In this document: one piece after another, positions 30,944 through 40,137 of the stretch
How positions within the stretch are numbered: position 1 is the stretch's first letter
Layout: the number at the start of each line of letters is the position of its first letter
Assembly: GCA_041391405.1 (NCBI GenBank)
Contig: JAWKOB010000002.1
Coordinates: 38,082 to 102,081 of the forward strand
Source: Bdellovibrionota bacterium
Lineage (GTDB): Bacteria > Bdellovibrionota_G > JALEGL01 > JAGRMV01
Length of the DNA stretch: 64,000 bases
Direction of reading: 5' to 3'
Translations under genes and position numbers: made by a program
Notes under the pieces: generated by a model
Told to the model about the DNA's origin: nothing
Database searches by the model: none
Seen by the model: the letters and a program-made list of their open reading frames with translations, nothing else

Positions 30944-32011
30944 ATGAAACGCAAGGCTCACCTTATGAAAAATTCCATTGTAAAACATGTGAAAAAACAG
31001 CCCTGGGAGAATGATTCCGATGACAGGCTTCTTCAGCGTTCTTTAAAAGAAGTGTATGTCCCGATTCAAGATACCGGACTGCAGCCTTACATCGACAAAC
31101 TTCATGCTGAACTCAAGCACAAAGGTTTGGATAGATTTGTTCCGACTTGTTATTTTTCCAACGAATTCTTCGTCGCTGATGGATGTACGAGCATCGCCAT
31201 TCCATTTTATCTGTCCCATCCAAGGCTCATCAAATTGGAAAAGGACCATTTGCATGCTGTTGAAGGAGGAACCCCTGAGTGGTTCATGCAACTCCTTCGT
31301 CACGAGTGCGGTCATGCCATTGACAATGCCTATGGACTTCGAAAAAGAAAAAAGCGCCAACAACTTTTCGGAAAGTCCAGCACTCCCTACGATGACTATT
31401 ACATTCCCAAACCTTACAGCAAAAAATACGTTGTTCACCTTGATACTTGGTATGCGCAAAGTCATCCGGATGAGGATTTTGCCGAAACATTCGCCATTTG
31501 GCTCGGCTCTCGTGATACTTGGAAAAAACGTTATAAGGAGTGGAGGATTGCGTATCAAAAACTTCAGTACATGGATGAACTGATGTCGGAGATTGCATCT
31601 TCGAAGCCCAAAATCACGTCCAAAAAGCTATGCGACCCTCAGCAAAAACTTAAAACCACACTGCAACAGCATTATCGGGAAAAACAGGCGTATTATGGCC
31701 TGAGTTTCCCCAAAATTTACGATGTGCATCTTTTTAAACTTTTCACCAGCGACCCGAAGTCCACAAACAAAACAAAGGCCAGTGACTTCATCAAAAAAGT
31801 TCGCAAAGAAACCGAACGTGCTGTGGCTCGATGGACAGGAACGTTTCAGTACAATATCCATCAATTGATGGATGAAATTGTCGAGCAGTCCAATCTGATG
31901 GATTTGTATCTTCGGCATAGTTTCGAGGAAACAAGAAACCAATTCATCTCCATGATCACACTTGTCACGCTGGAATATATTCACAGCGGAAACCATAAGA
32001 AGGCAAGATGA
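30944..32011 (+). CDS. putative zinc-dependent metallopeptidase-like protein (HExxH)
   Basis: 'LLRHECGHAIDNAYGL' HExxH with downstream 'DEDFAETFAIW'. 355 aa. No signal peptide. Confidence 0.55.
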   Translation: MKRKAHLMKNSIVKHVKKQPWENDSDDRLLQRSLKEVYVPIQDTGLQPYIDKLHAELKHKGLDRFVPTCYFSNEFFVADGCTSIAIPFYLSHPRLIKLEKDHLHAVEGGTPEWFMQLLRHECGHAIDNAYGLRKRKKRQQLFGKSSTPYDDYYIPKPYSKKYVVHLDTWYAQSHPDEDFAETFAIWLGSRDTWKKRYKEWRIAYQKLQYMDELMSEIASSKPKITSKKLCDPQQKLKTTLQQHYREKQAYYGLSFPKIYDVHLFKLFTSDPKSTNKTKASDFIKKVRKETERAVARWTGTFQYNIHQLMDEIVEQSNLMDLYLRHSFEETRNQFISMITLVTLEYIHSGNHKKAR

Positions 32012-33042
32012 GGAAAAAGACAAAATCAAAATACAAAGTCGTGGTTTTGGTTCATAGAGACCACGTTCCACCCGATAGTCCAACCAAAGAGGATCTAATC
32101 AATCCTGAATGGATCGCCGAATACGAAATTGTTCAAACGCTGCAGAAGCTCGGCCATGACGTTCATGTTTTGGGAGTTTTGAGTGATATCGATAAAATCA
32201 GGGAAGTTTTGTCAGGTTTCAAGCCGGATATTGTTTTCAATCTTCTGGAAGAGTTCGATGACAACATTCACTATGATCAACACATCGTTTCTTATTTGGA
32301 ATTGAGAAGGTTTCCCTACACCGGCTGTAATCCCAGGGGGCTCACGCTCTCTAGGGACAAGGCTTTGAGCAAAAAAATATTATCCTATCATCGAATCAAA
32401 GTTCCCAAATTTCAGGTTTTCCCCAAAAATCAAAAAGTATCGAAACAAAAACCTTTTCCTTACCCCATGATTGTAAAATCACTCGTTGAAGAAGCATCCA
32501 ATGGAATATCCCAGGCTTCGGTGGTGAATAATTTCGAAGATCTTGTTTCTCGAGTTCAATATATTCACGAAAAGCTCGATACCGACGCCATCGCAGAACA
32601 GTATATCGGTGGAAGGGAATTTTATGTTGGCATTTTGGGGAACAAGCGATTGCAAATTCTTCCCGTGTGGGAACTCAAACTGGAAAACATTCCATCATCA
32701 TCCCGGAAATTCGCCACGGAGCGCGTGAAGTGGGATGAAAAATACAGAAAAAAATATTCAATTAAATCTGTCCAGGCCAAGGGGCTTGATTCCAAGGAAT
32801 TGGACCATATCCAAACCATCTGCAAAAAAGCTTACAAGGTTTTGGGTCTGAATGGATATGCACGCATCGACATTCGCTACACACCTGACAAAGAAGTTTA
32901 CATCATTGAGGCCAATCCCAACCCCGGCATTGCCAAGGGAGATGAGTTTCCGGATTCCGCTAAAAGTTTGGGCGTAAGCTATGAAGATATGATCACGAAA
33001 ATTTTGTCTTTGGGCTTAAGCTGGTATCAATCCAGGCGATAA
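32008..33042 (+). CDS. ATP-grasp protein, D-Ala-D-Ala ligase-like
   Basis: N-terminal Ddl-like 'KVVVLVHRDHV...', central ATP-grasp, 'GYARIDIRYTPDKEVYIIEANPNPG'. Start overlaps the upstream stop (ATGA). Confidence 0.7.
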   Translation: MRKKTKSKYKVVVLVHRDHVPPDSPTKEDLINPEWIAEYEIVQTLQKLGHDVHVLGVLSDIDKIREVLSGFKPDIVFNLLEEFDDNIHYDQHIVSYLELRRFPYTGCNPRGLTLSRDKALSKKILSYHRIKVPKFQVFPKNQKVSKQKPFPYPMIVKSLVEEASNGISQASVVNNFEDLVSRVQYIHEKLDTDAIAEQYIGGREFYVGILGNKRLQILPVWELKLENIPSSSRKFATERVKWDEKYRKKYSIKSVQAKGLDSKELDHIQTICKKAYKVLGLNGYARIDIRYTPDKEVYIIEANPNPGIAKGDEFPDSAKSLGVSYEDMITKILSLGLSWYQSRR

Positions 33043-33060
33043 TCGACCCCCTACACATAG

Positions 33061-34152
33061 ATGATGGTTTGTGGTATGACACACGCCACTATGTTTTTTC
33101 GCAAAAGCCAAACCGCAAATAAACCCAAAGTATTCACAGGAATGTGGAATGCTGAACAAAATCAGCATGTTACATCCATGTCTGATTTCCCAAAAGGCTC
33201 CCATGTCTTTGGAATCACCACCAGCCCACTTGGAGATATTATGGTGGGAGCGGGCAATCCTCAGACCGGGGAAGGCACCGTTTCCATTCGTCAGGCCAAT
33301 GGTTCCTGGAATTCGATCGTGCTTCCGGATGAAACAGCATGGCTCAGCCAATTTGTTCGCTTGGACGATGGATCGTATGTTGCCTCAGGCATGACCTTGA
33401 TCGGTCGCGCTGCGATTTTGAAAAGCGATGTTACGGCGCAAAATTGGAAATCCATCGACATGGATTTGCATTCATATTGCCAAATCAATTCTCTTATTCA
33501 ATTGCCCAATGGTGAGTTGCTGGCATCCACCGGCAAGATGATCACTCAGGGAAAAACCAAACCTATTTTGCTTCGTTCCAAAGATCAGGGCGTATCGTGG
33601 GAAATTGAGGAAGTGAAACTTCCAATCACGCAATTTCATACATTCCATATGGACGGTGACCGCTTGTATGCAGGCACTTGCGGTGATCACAGCCCAGTGC
33701 TTTATACGTCAGACGATTTTGGTGTGACCTGGAACACACTTCCACAGTTGCCATCATATAAAACCTACAAAACCATCGCGCTTCAACCGATCATGGTTGG
33801 CGGAGAAAAAAGAATTTTGGCTGTGATGTGGGGATACAAAATCGACATCGCGGATCGCGTGGTTCGTTTGTACGTCACCGACAGTGAAGGCAAAGCTTGG
33901 AATGAACTTCCGCCTGTTTTGGATTCGCACTTTTTGTTTTCGTTCTATGTTGCTCCGGATTCTACGTTTTATGCTGGCAGTGAAAAAGGAATGTTCCTTC
34001 GCTCCAAAGATTCAGGTGCATCGTGGGAAAAGTTGGCAAGATTTCCGACCAACATCGGCGCTTATGCGATTCATCAGCACAATGGGCAAATTTGGCTCGG
34101 CAAAGATTTTGTTGAACCAGACTTCACAAGCCTCTGGACTGTGAATAGCTAA
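33061..34152 (+). CDS. BNR/Asp-box repeat beta-propeller protein
   Basis: Repeated 'S.D.G.(S/T)W' Asp-boxes: 'SKDQGVSWEI', 'SDDFGVTWNTL', 'SEGKAWNEL', 'SKDSGASWEKL'. Confidence 0.55.
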   Translation: MMVCGMTHATMFFRKSQTANKPKVFTGMWNAEQNQHVTSMSDFPKGSHVFGITTSPLGDIMVGAGNPQTGEGTVSIRQANGSWNSIVLPDETAWLSQFVRLDDGSYVASGMTLIGRAAILKSDVTAQNWKSIDMDLHSYCQINSLIQLPNGELLASTGKMITQGKTKPILLRSKDQGVSWEIEEVKLPITQFHTFHMDGDRLYAGTCGDHSPVLYTSDDFGVTWNTLPQLPSYKTYKTIALQPIMVGGEKRILAVMWGYKIDIADRVVRLYVTDSEGKAWNELPPVLDSHFLFSFYVAPDSTFYAGSEKGMFLRSKDSGASWEKLARFPTNIGAYAIHQHNGQIWLGKDFVEPDFTSLWTVNS

Positions 34153-34153
34153 G

Positions 34154-36118
34154 ATGAAATTCGAGCAACCCTCATATGCCCCTTCGCTGTTTTCAGCGCA
34201 TCGTCGCAAGACGCGTGAAGTGCGTGTGGGTGGGGTTCCGATTGGAAGCAACTGTCCGATCGTCGTTCAGTCCATGACGACGACTCCCACAACAGACACG
34301 ATGGCCACCGTAGATCAAATTCAACGGTTGAAAGATGTCGGTTGTGAAATTGTTCGCATCACTGTTCCGACCCAAGCTGATCTTAAAAACATGCCCAACA
34401 TTCGCAAGGAAATGGAAAAGCGAAAGCTTGAAATGCCGCTTGTGGCTGATGTGCATTTTTTGCCCAAGATCGCGATGGAAGCTTGCAACTATTTCGACAA
34501 GGTTCGCGTGAATCCGGGCAATTTCGCCGATCGCAAACATTTCGAAGTCAAAGAATATTCCGACAATGAATACGAATCCGAATTGCAGCGCATCTTTGAC
34601 GCTTTCGGACCACTTGTTCGTCGTGCGCAGGAAAAGAAAATCGCGATTCGTATTGGAACGAATCATGGATCGCTTTCCGATCGAATCATGAATCGATATG
34701 GCGATACTCCGCTCGGAATGGTGGAGTCCGCACTGGAATTCATCCGCATCGCCGAAGGGGAAAACTTCAAGGATCTGATCATTTCCATGAAAGCCTCGAA
34801 CCCATTTGTCATGGTCCACGCATATCGTTTGCTTGTGGCCAAAATGAATGAGCTTGGCATGGATTACCCGCTTCACTTGGGTGTGACTGAAGCTGGCAAC
34901 GGCCGCGATGGTCGTGTGAAGTCCGCAGTCGGTATCGCAAGTCTTCTGTCCGATGGTTTGGGAGACACGATCCGCGTGTCACTCACTGAAGATCCGGAAT
35001 TTGAAATTCCAGTCGCCAAAAAAATCATCGAGCATTTTGGCATTTCTCCGTTGAGCGAATTGAAACCACCTGCTCAAAAAGATCCAAGCGTTTCCTGGAA
35101 TTTCTTTCAGTATCAACGTCGCAAAAGCGGGATTCTGACATTGGGCGATTATAAAATTGGCGGACATGAAACCGTTCGCGTGAACACACACGTCGATCAA
35201 TCTGGATTCATCCCAACGCTTCAAAAAGCTTCTGAATTTGAACCGGAAGCCGAAAGTGTTTCTTTCGATTTGAAATCATCGAAGAAGGAACTTCCAATTC
35301 AAACCAATGTCTCAACACTACTTCGTGTAAACACCATGACACCGGACTCCAATGAGATGGTGAAAAGCGATTTTTACAAACAAATCTCCATGCGTCCAAA
35401 CGGAACATGGTCGGAAGAACGTTTCGCAAGTAAACTCATCGAGCTCATCGGTAATCGTTTGCTTTGGGTTCGTGTTGAAAAAGAATCTGACATCGAATCC
35501 GCAGTCAGCATGTTTAAAAATCTTTCCGGAAAGATTCAAATCGGGCTGGAAATTTCCAGTCGTCGTTTGATTCATCTTGCACGCAAAGCTGTGACAGCAT
35601 TCGAGGTTAAAAATCTACATCCAGCCATTTTGTTGAACTGGAGAGCATCTGAAAACGACAACGAAGAAGACATCATTGTTCAGGCTTCCAACGAAATCGG
35701 AGCTTTGCTCAACGATGGTATCGGAGATGCGGTTGAAATCAGCTCCAATAATTCAGAACTCAACCATGAAATCGGGTTCACCGTGCTGCAAGCGACACGC
35801 CTTCGCATGTCACGCGCGGATTACATCGCATGCCCATCTTGCGGGCGAACCTTGTTCGATCTTCAGACCACAACCGCGAGAATCAAGGCCCAAACCGATC
35901 ATCTCAAAGGTGTGAAAATCGCGATCATGGGCTGCATCGTCAACGGACCAGGCGAAATGGCGGACGCTGATTTTGGTTATGTTGGTTCCGGTCCTGGCCA
36001 TATCAATCTTTATGTCGGTAAAGAATGCGTCGAGCGTGGAATTTCTCAGGAAGTTGCCGATGAACGTTTGATTCAACTCATCAAAGACCACGGTCGTTGG
36101 ACTGAAAGAGTCGTATAG
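34154..36118 (+). CDS. ispG: 4-hydroxy-3-methylbut-2-enyl diphosphate synthase, long (insert-domain) form
   Basis: 'RRKTREVRVGGVPIGSNCPIVVQSMTTT' TIM-barrel domain and C-terminal 4Fe-4S domain 'CPSCGRT...GCIVNGPGE' separated by a roughly 270-aa insert. 654 aa. Confidence 0.9.
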   Translation: MKFEQPSYAPSLFSAHRRKTREVRVGGVPIGSNCPIVVQSMTTTPTTDTMATVDQIQRLKDVGCEIVRITVPTQADLKNMPNIRKEMEKRKLEMPLVADVHFLPKIAMEACNYFDKVRVNPGNFADRKHFEVKEYSDNEYESELQRIFDAFGPLVRRAQEKKIAIRIGTNHGSLSDRIMNRYGDTPLGMVESALEFIRIAEGENFKDLIISMKASNPFVMVHAYRLLVAKMNELGMDYPLHLGVTEAGNGRDGRVKSAVGIASLLSDGLGDTIRVSLTEDPEFEIPVAKKIIEHFGISPLSELKPPAQKDPSVSWNFFQYQRRKSGILTLGDYKIGGHETVRVNTHVDQSGFIPTLQKASEFEPEAESVSFDLKSSKKELPIQTNVSTLLRVNTMTPDSNEMVKSDFYKQISMRPNGTWSEERFASKLIELIGNRLLWVRVEKESDIESAVSMFKNLSGKIQIGLEISSRRLIHLARKAVTAFEVKNLHPAILLNWRASENDNEEDIIVQASNEIGALLNDGIGDAVEISSNNSELNHEIGFTVLQATRLRMSRADYIACPSCGRTLFDLQTTTARIKAQTDHLKGVKIAIMGCIVNGPGEMADADFGYVGSGPGHINLYVGKECVERGISQEVADERLIQLIKDHGRWTERVV

Positions 36119-37275
36119 TGGTCAATCCTAGTCGAGCCGCCGATGCTCAATTTCTAGTCGCTATGATGTTTGAGGAGCCGTACAAATACCGCTCTCATGT
36201 CGAAAAAATCGTTTCCCGAAATTCCAAACTTTCATCCAAAGTTCGTCGTGAACTTACTTCATTTGCCTACGGTGCGTTCAAATGGCGCGATCGTTTGTGG
36301 GATATGCAGCCCACTGATGTCGATTTCGATGAGATTCAAAAGCGCGTAAGCGAATTCCAGTCTGAATCGCTCGAATCCGTACTTAAAAAAACCAAATCGA
36401 TGAAAAACATCGAGGAGCAGGCTCGTTATTTGTCATATCCGGTTTGGATTATTTCAAGCTGGATTCAGGATTTTGGTTTGGACAAGGCTATCGAAATCGC
36501 CTGGGTTCAAAATCAGGAAAGCCAAATTTGTGTTCGAATCAATGGTGAAGATATTCAAAAAATCAAACAGTCGCTTGAATCCGAAGGTGTGGAATATCAA
36601 CCGGGCAAGGTTCATGGATCAATGTACTTTGTAAAAAAGGAAAATGTCCGAGGATTGAATTCTTTCAAGCGAGGAATGTTTGAAGTTCAAGATGAGCATA
36701 GTCAGCAGGTTTGCCTGTGGACGCAGCCAAAGCTCACTGACACGATTGTGGATGGATGCTCTAGAACAGGTGGAAAAGCGCTTCACTTGGCGGCATTGCA
36801 AAAAAACAGAGGAAAAATTTACTGTGTGGATGTAGATGCACGTGTATTCGCCGAATTGGAAAGACGCGCACATCGACTCAAAATCAAAAACCTTCAAACC
36901 AAGTGGATCGGCAAAGATGACCCCAATCCGTGCCCCGAGCTCAAGGAAAAAGCCGACATTGTTTTCGTAGATGCGCCTTGCACGGGATTGGGAACTATTC
37001 GCCATAGCCCAGCGCTTCGCTGGAACATGCAACCGGAAAGCATTCCCGAATTCACGCACCGTCAGTCCGAAATTCTGGAACGCCAATCTCGTTGGGTGAA
37101 AAAAGGCGGAAAATTGATTTATGTGACGTGCTCCCTTCTCAAAGAAGAGAACGAAGCGATCATTGAAAAGTTCATCCAAGCTCACCCTGAGTTTAAAATC
37201 GAAAAACAAGAACGTCTGTTTCCGATTCACCAGGGCGGTGATGGCTTCTTCTTCTGCAAAATGCTCCGATCTTAA
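36118..37275 (+). CDS. RsmB/RsmF-like (NOL1/NOP2/Sun) RNA cytosine-C5 methyltransferase
   Basis: 'FVDAPCTGLGTIRHSPALRWN' (motif IV with catalytic Cys), 'LIYVTCSLLKEENE' (motif VI Cys). Confidence 0.8.
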   Translation: MVNPSRAADAQFLVAMMFEEPYKYRSHVEKIVSRNSKLSSKVRRELTSFAYGAFKWRDRLWDMQPTDVDFDEIQKRVSEFQSESLESVLKKTKSMKNIEEQARYLSYPVWIISSWIQDFGLDKAIEIAWVQNQESQICVRINGEDIQKIKQSLESEGVEYQPGKVHGSMYFVKKENVRGLNSFKRGMFEVQDEHSQQVCLWTQPKLTDTIVDGCSRTGGKALHLAALQKNRGKIYCVDVDARVFAELERRAHRLKIKNLQTKWIGKDDPNPCPELKEKADIVFVDAPCTGLGTIRHSPALRWNMQPESIPEFTHRQSEILERQSRWVKKGGKLIYVTCSLLKEENEAIIEKFIQAHPEFKIEKQERLFPIHQGGDGFFFCKMLRS

Positions 37276-37305
37276 ATAAATGCACGACGACGGTCGTGCC
37301 AAATA

Positions 37306-37593
37306 TTAATCGTCTGAGTTTGAGGTTTCACGTGGCTTTTCGATGCCATGGCGGTGGACGATTTCGGTAATAGCTTTACCCATCACTTCCAAATCTGAAA
37401 AACCGATCAGTTCAATGCGTTCAAAACCGCGACGCACAGTGAATTTGATTTCTCCTCGAGGGTAGTCAGAAAGCACATTGATCTTCCACTCGCGAACACG
37501 CATCCACTCACGGCAGACCTCCCAGGAGGGGGCCTCAAATTTGACGCCTTTTTCCGCAAGATTGGCAAACACTAATTTTTCGTTCTCAGTCAT
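37306..37593 (-). CDS. hypothetical small protein (about 95 aa)
   Basis: Internal Met 'MTENEKLVFANLAEKGVKFE...'. The longer ORF to 37902 overlaps the LOG gene on the other strand and is unlikely. Confidence 0.4.
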   Translation of the reverse strand: MTENEKLVFANLAEKGVKFEAPSWEVCREWMRVREWKINVLSDYPRGEIKFTVRRGFERIELIGFSDLEVMGKAITEIVHRHGIEKPRETSNSDD

Positions 37594-37599
37594 ATTGAA

Positions 37600-38475
37600 T
37601 TGAGATACATTTACACGACAATGAATCACCAGAAAAAGAAAAAAATTCAGTTTCCCTACAACAGGCGCAAGCGCCCGATCAAAGCCTATAAAGATCCGGA
37701 TTTCATCAATAGCGTAGATGCGCGCCCACTTCGTATTTTGGCTGAATACATGGAGCCAATGAAGCGTTTGAAAGAACTCAATGTTGAAAACACAATTGTC
37801 TTTTTTGGTTCGGCAAGATTGCTGTCCAGCACGGATGCCAAAAAATCTATGACCAAAGCCAGAGATGCCAAAAGTCTCGAAAAAGCCAAAGCGATGGTCC
37901 ACATGTCACAGTATTATGACGATGCCGTGGAACTCGCGCGCCTTTTGACGGTTTGGTCGAAGAAAAATTTCGGCAAATCTGAAAATCGTTTCATCATCTG
38001 CTCCGGTGGTGGACCTGGAATCATGGAAGCGGCCAACCGCGGAGCCAAAAAAGCCAAAGGTGAATCCATTGGTTTGAACATCTCCTTGCCATTCGAAGCC
38101 AATTCCAATCCTTACATCACGCCGGAACTCAATTTCGAATTTCATTATTTCTTCACACGCAAGTATTGGTTTTCGTATCTGGCCAAAGCACTGGTGATTT
38201 TTCCAGGGGGTTTTGGAACTTTGGACGAACTTGCTGAGGTTTTGACGCTGATCCAGACCCAGAAGATCAAACGTAAAATTCCAATTCTGATTTATGGATC
38301 CAAATTCTGGAACAAAGTGATCAATCTCGAGGAAATGGCCAAAATGGGCACCATCGACAAGAAGGATCTTGACCTGCTTCACTTTAGTGATACGCCTAAA
38401 GATGCCTTTGAGTTCATCGTGAAAGGAATCAGGAAATACTATGTTCAACAAAAAAGTTTCCGTCGTTATAAGTAG
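37600..38475 (+). CDS. LOG-family (TIGR00730) nucleotide 5'-monophosphate nucleosidase-like protein
   Basis: 'IVFFGSARL', 'ICSGGGPGIMEAANRGA', 'ALVIFPGGFGTLDEL' LOG signature. Confidence 0.8.
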   Translation: MRYIYTTMNHQKKKKIQFPYNRRKRPIKAYKDPDFINSVDARPLRILAEYMEPMKRLKELNVENTIVFFGSARLLSSTDAKKSMTKARDAKSLEKAKAMVHMSQYYDDAVELARLLTVWSKKNFGKSENRFIICSGGGPGIMEAANRGAKKAKGESIGLNISLPFEANSNPYITPELNFEFHYFFTRKYWFSYLAKALVIFPGGFGTLDELAEVLTLIQTQKIKRKIPILIYGSKFWNKVINLEEMAKMGTIDKKDLDLLHFSDTPKDAFEFIVKGIRKYYVQQKSFRRYK

Positions 38476-39259
38476 TCTTCTTTTAGCATCTTCGGCATTT
38501 GCACAAACACAGGATTTGGCGAAGCCGGAATTTGCATTCATTCCCGAGGTTGGTGCCCAGTCTTCATTTCAAGCACAACTGGGTGGTGGGATGCTTGATG
38601 ATTCCGGATTTGGAAGCAATGGAACGCCGATTTATGTTTTGTTCAAGGCCAACTATCATCCCAATGACATGACCAGTTTGTTCATTGATCTACCCATGGC
38701 GGGCACATGGTCGGGTGGAGCAGATGATTTTGGTATTGGTAACATCTCGATTGGCGGCAATCACCGCTTGTATGAAAACAATGGAACTTCGTTTGCCTTG
38801 GGAGCGAACTTCACATTTCCTACATCACAAAACCGCGCTCGTGTGGGAGCTTTTACAAGAAACTTCTATTCCTTCGTTCAGGATCAGTATGCGATTTCCC
38901 CGTACTTGAATGTAAGTTTTGCCCAAGAACGGATGTTGATCACTTTCGATGCCGGCTTGAACGAGCAGATTTTTTCGACACAACCTGCAGGATTCAACAA
39001 ACTTGAAAGCACCATTTTCTATGATGCTGGCTTAAGCATGGCTGTTAACGGACCGCGCGATGTCTGGGCTACGCTTGAATTCGGTGGATATTCGAATCTG
39101 ACCTATCCAAGCAACGACACGGTTCTTTTCGGTGGACCGGGCATTCGTTATCAAGACGATGAAAAATCCATCGGCTTGCATTTACAGGCACCGTTTTCAT
39201 CACCAGCGCGTGACATCATCGATCTTTTGGTCATGATCGACACCCGCTTTAAATTTTAA
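38441..39259 (+). CDS. putative outer-membrane beta-barrel protein
   Basis: Signal peptide 'VVISSLLLASSAFAQT', alternating-hydrophobic strands, C-terminal 'IDTRFKF' (terminal Phe). Confidence 0.5.
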   Translation: MFNKKVSVVISSLLLASSAFAQTQDLAKPEFAFIPEVGAQSSFQAQLGGGMLDDSGFGSNGTPIYVLFKANYHPNDMTSLFIDLPMAGTWSGGADDFGIGNISIGGNHRLYENNGTSFALGANFTFPTSQNRARVGAFTRNFYSFVQDQYAISPYLNVSFAQERMLITFDAGLNEQIFSTQPAGFNKLESTIFYDAGLSMAVNGPRDVWATLEFGGYSNLTYPSNDTVLFGGPGIRYQDDEKSIGLHLQAPFSSPARDIIDLLVMIDTRFKF

Positions 39260-40137
39260 TCTTCATCATCTGGATCTGGATATGGTTCCGTGTGGACCAA
39301 TACTTCCACAATTCCGGGGAATTCCTTTTGAATGCGACTCTCAATGTTGTGCGCAAGACGATGAGAGGCAATGGTGGTCATCTCTGGAGCGACTTGAATA
39401 TGCAAATCAACGTAGGCATTGGTTGGAGTTCCACGTGTTCGAACTTGATGGCATCCGATCACGCCATTTTCTTTCAGTGCCAAGTCTTTGATGACTTTGA
39501 TATCCAGAAAAGCCGCATCGGTTAACACCAGAATGTTCTCTTTCAGCACCTGATACGCAGCGAAGGCGAAGTAAATCGCGATTCCAAATGAGATGATAGT
39601 ATCGATGATGAGCAAATCGTATTTGATCGCAAACAACGACGCCAAGACGGAAATCGAAACCCAAACGTCGGTCGATGTATGAATCCCATCTGCTTTCAGA
39701 ATAGGACTGTTGTATTCTTCACCTTTTTTAATTTCAAAACGGGACAACAAAAAATTGATGACGATGGTGGTCAAGATGATCCAAATGCCGGACATGTGAA
39801 AGGATGCTGGGTCAGGATGAAGCAAGCGATCGATGGCGCGTTTGGTGATCTCCCAGCTTGCAATCGCAATGAAGGTAGCGATTCCCAGTGCCGCCAAAGT
39901 TTCATACTTGGTGTGACCATAGTGATGATCATCATCGGATGGGCGACTGGCATATTCGACGGAAATGATGCCCATCAAACTTGAACAACCATCCATGGTT
40001 GAGTGAATCCCGTCTCCAATCATGGAAAGTGTTCCGGTCAAAAAGCCATAAATCATTTTTGCTGTTGCAACAGCCAGATTCAAAATCAGGGCCGTGATCA
40101 GAACTTTTTTGACATTCTTTTTGTATGGATCATTCAA
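39256..40137 (-). CDS. cation diffusion facilitator (CDF) family transporter
   Basis: Six TM helices, 'HSTMDG', 'HYGHTKYE' motifs, C-terminal cytoplasmic domain. 293 aa. Confidence 0.85.
   Translation of the reverse strand: MNDPYKKNVKKVLITALILNLAVATAKMIYGFLTGTLSMIGDGIHSTMDGCSSLMGIISVEYASRPSDDDHHYGHTKYETLAALGIATFIAIASWEITKRAIDRLLHPDPASFHMSGIWIILTTIVINFLLSRFEIKKGEEYNSPILKADGIHTSTDVWVSISVLASLFAIKYDLLIIDTIISFGIAIYFAFAAYQVLKENILVLTDAAFLDIKVIKDLALKENGVIGCHQVRTRGTPTNAYVDLHIQVAPEMTTIASHRLAHNIESRIQKEFPGIVEVLVHTEPYPDPDDED

Noticed and set aside
37306-37902. 198-aa minus-strand ORF overlapping the LOG-family gene
   Set aside because: The N-terminal 100 aa are low-complexity and overlap a well-supported plus-strand gene. 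Only the C-terminal about 95 aa (from Met at about 37593) is a plausible separate gene.
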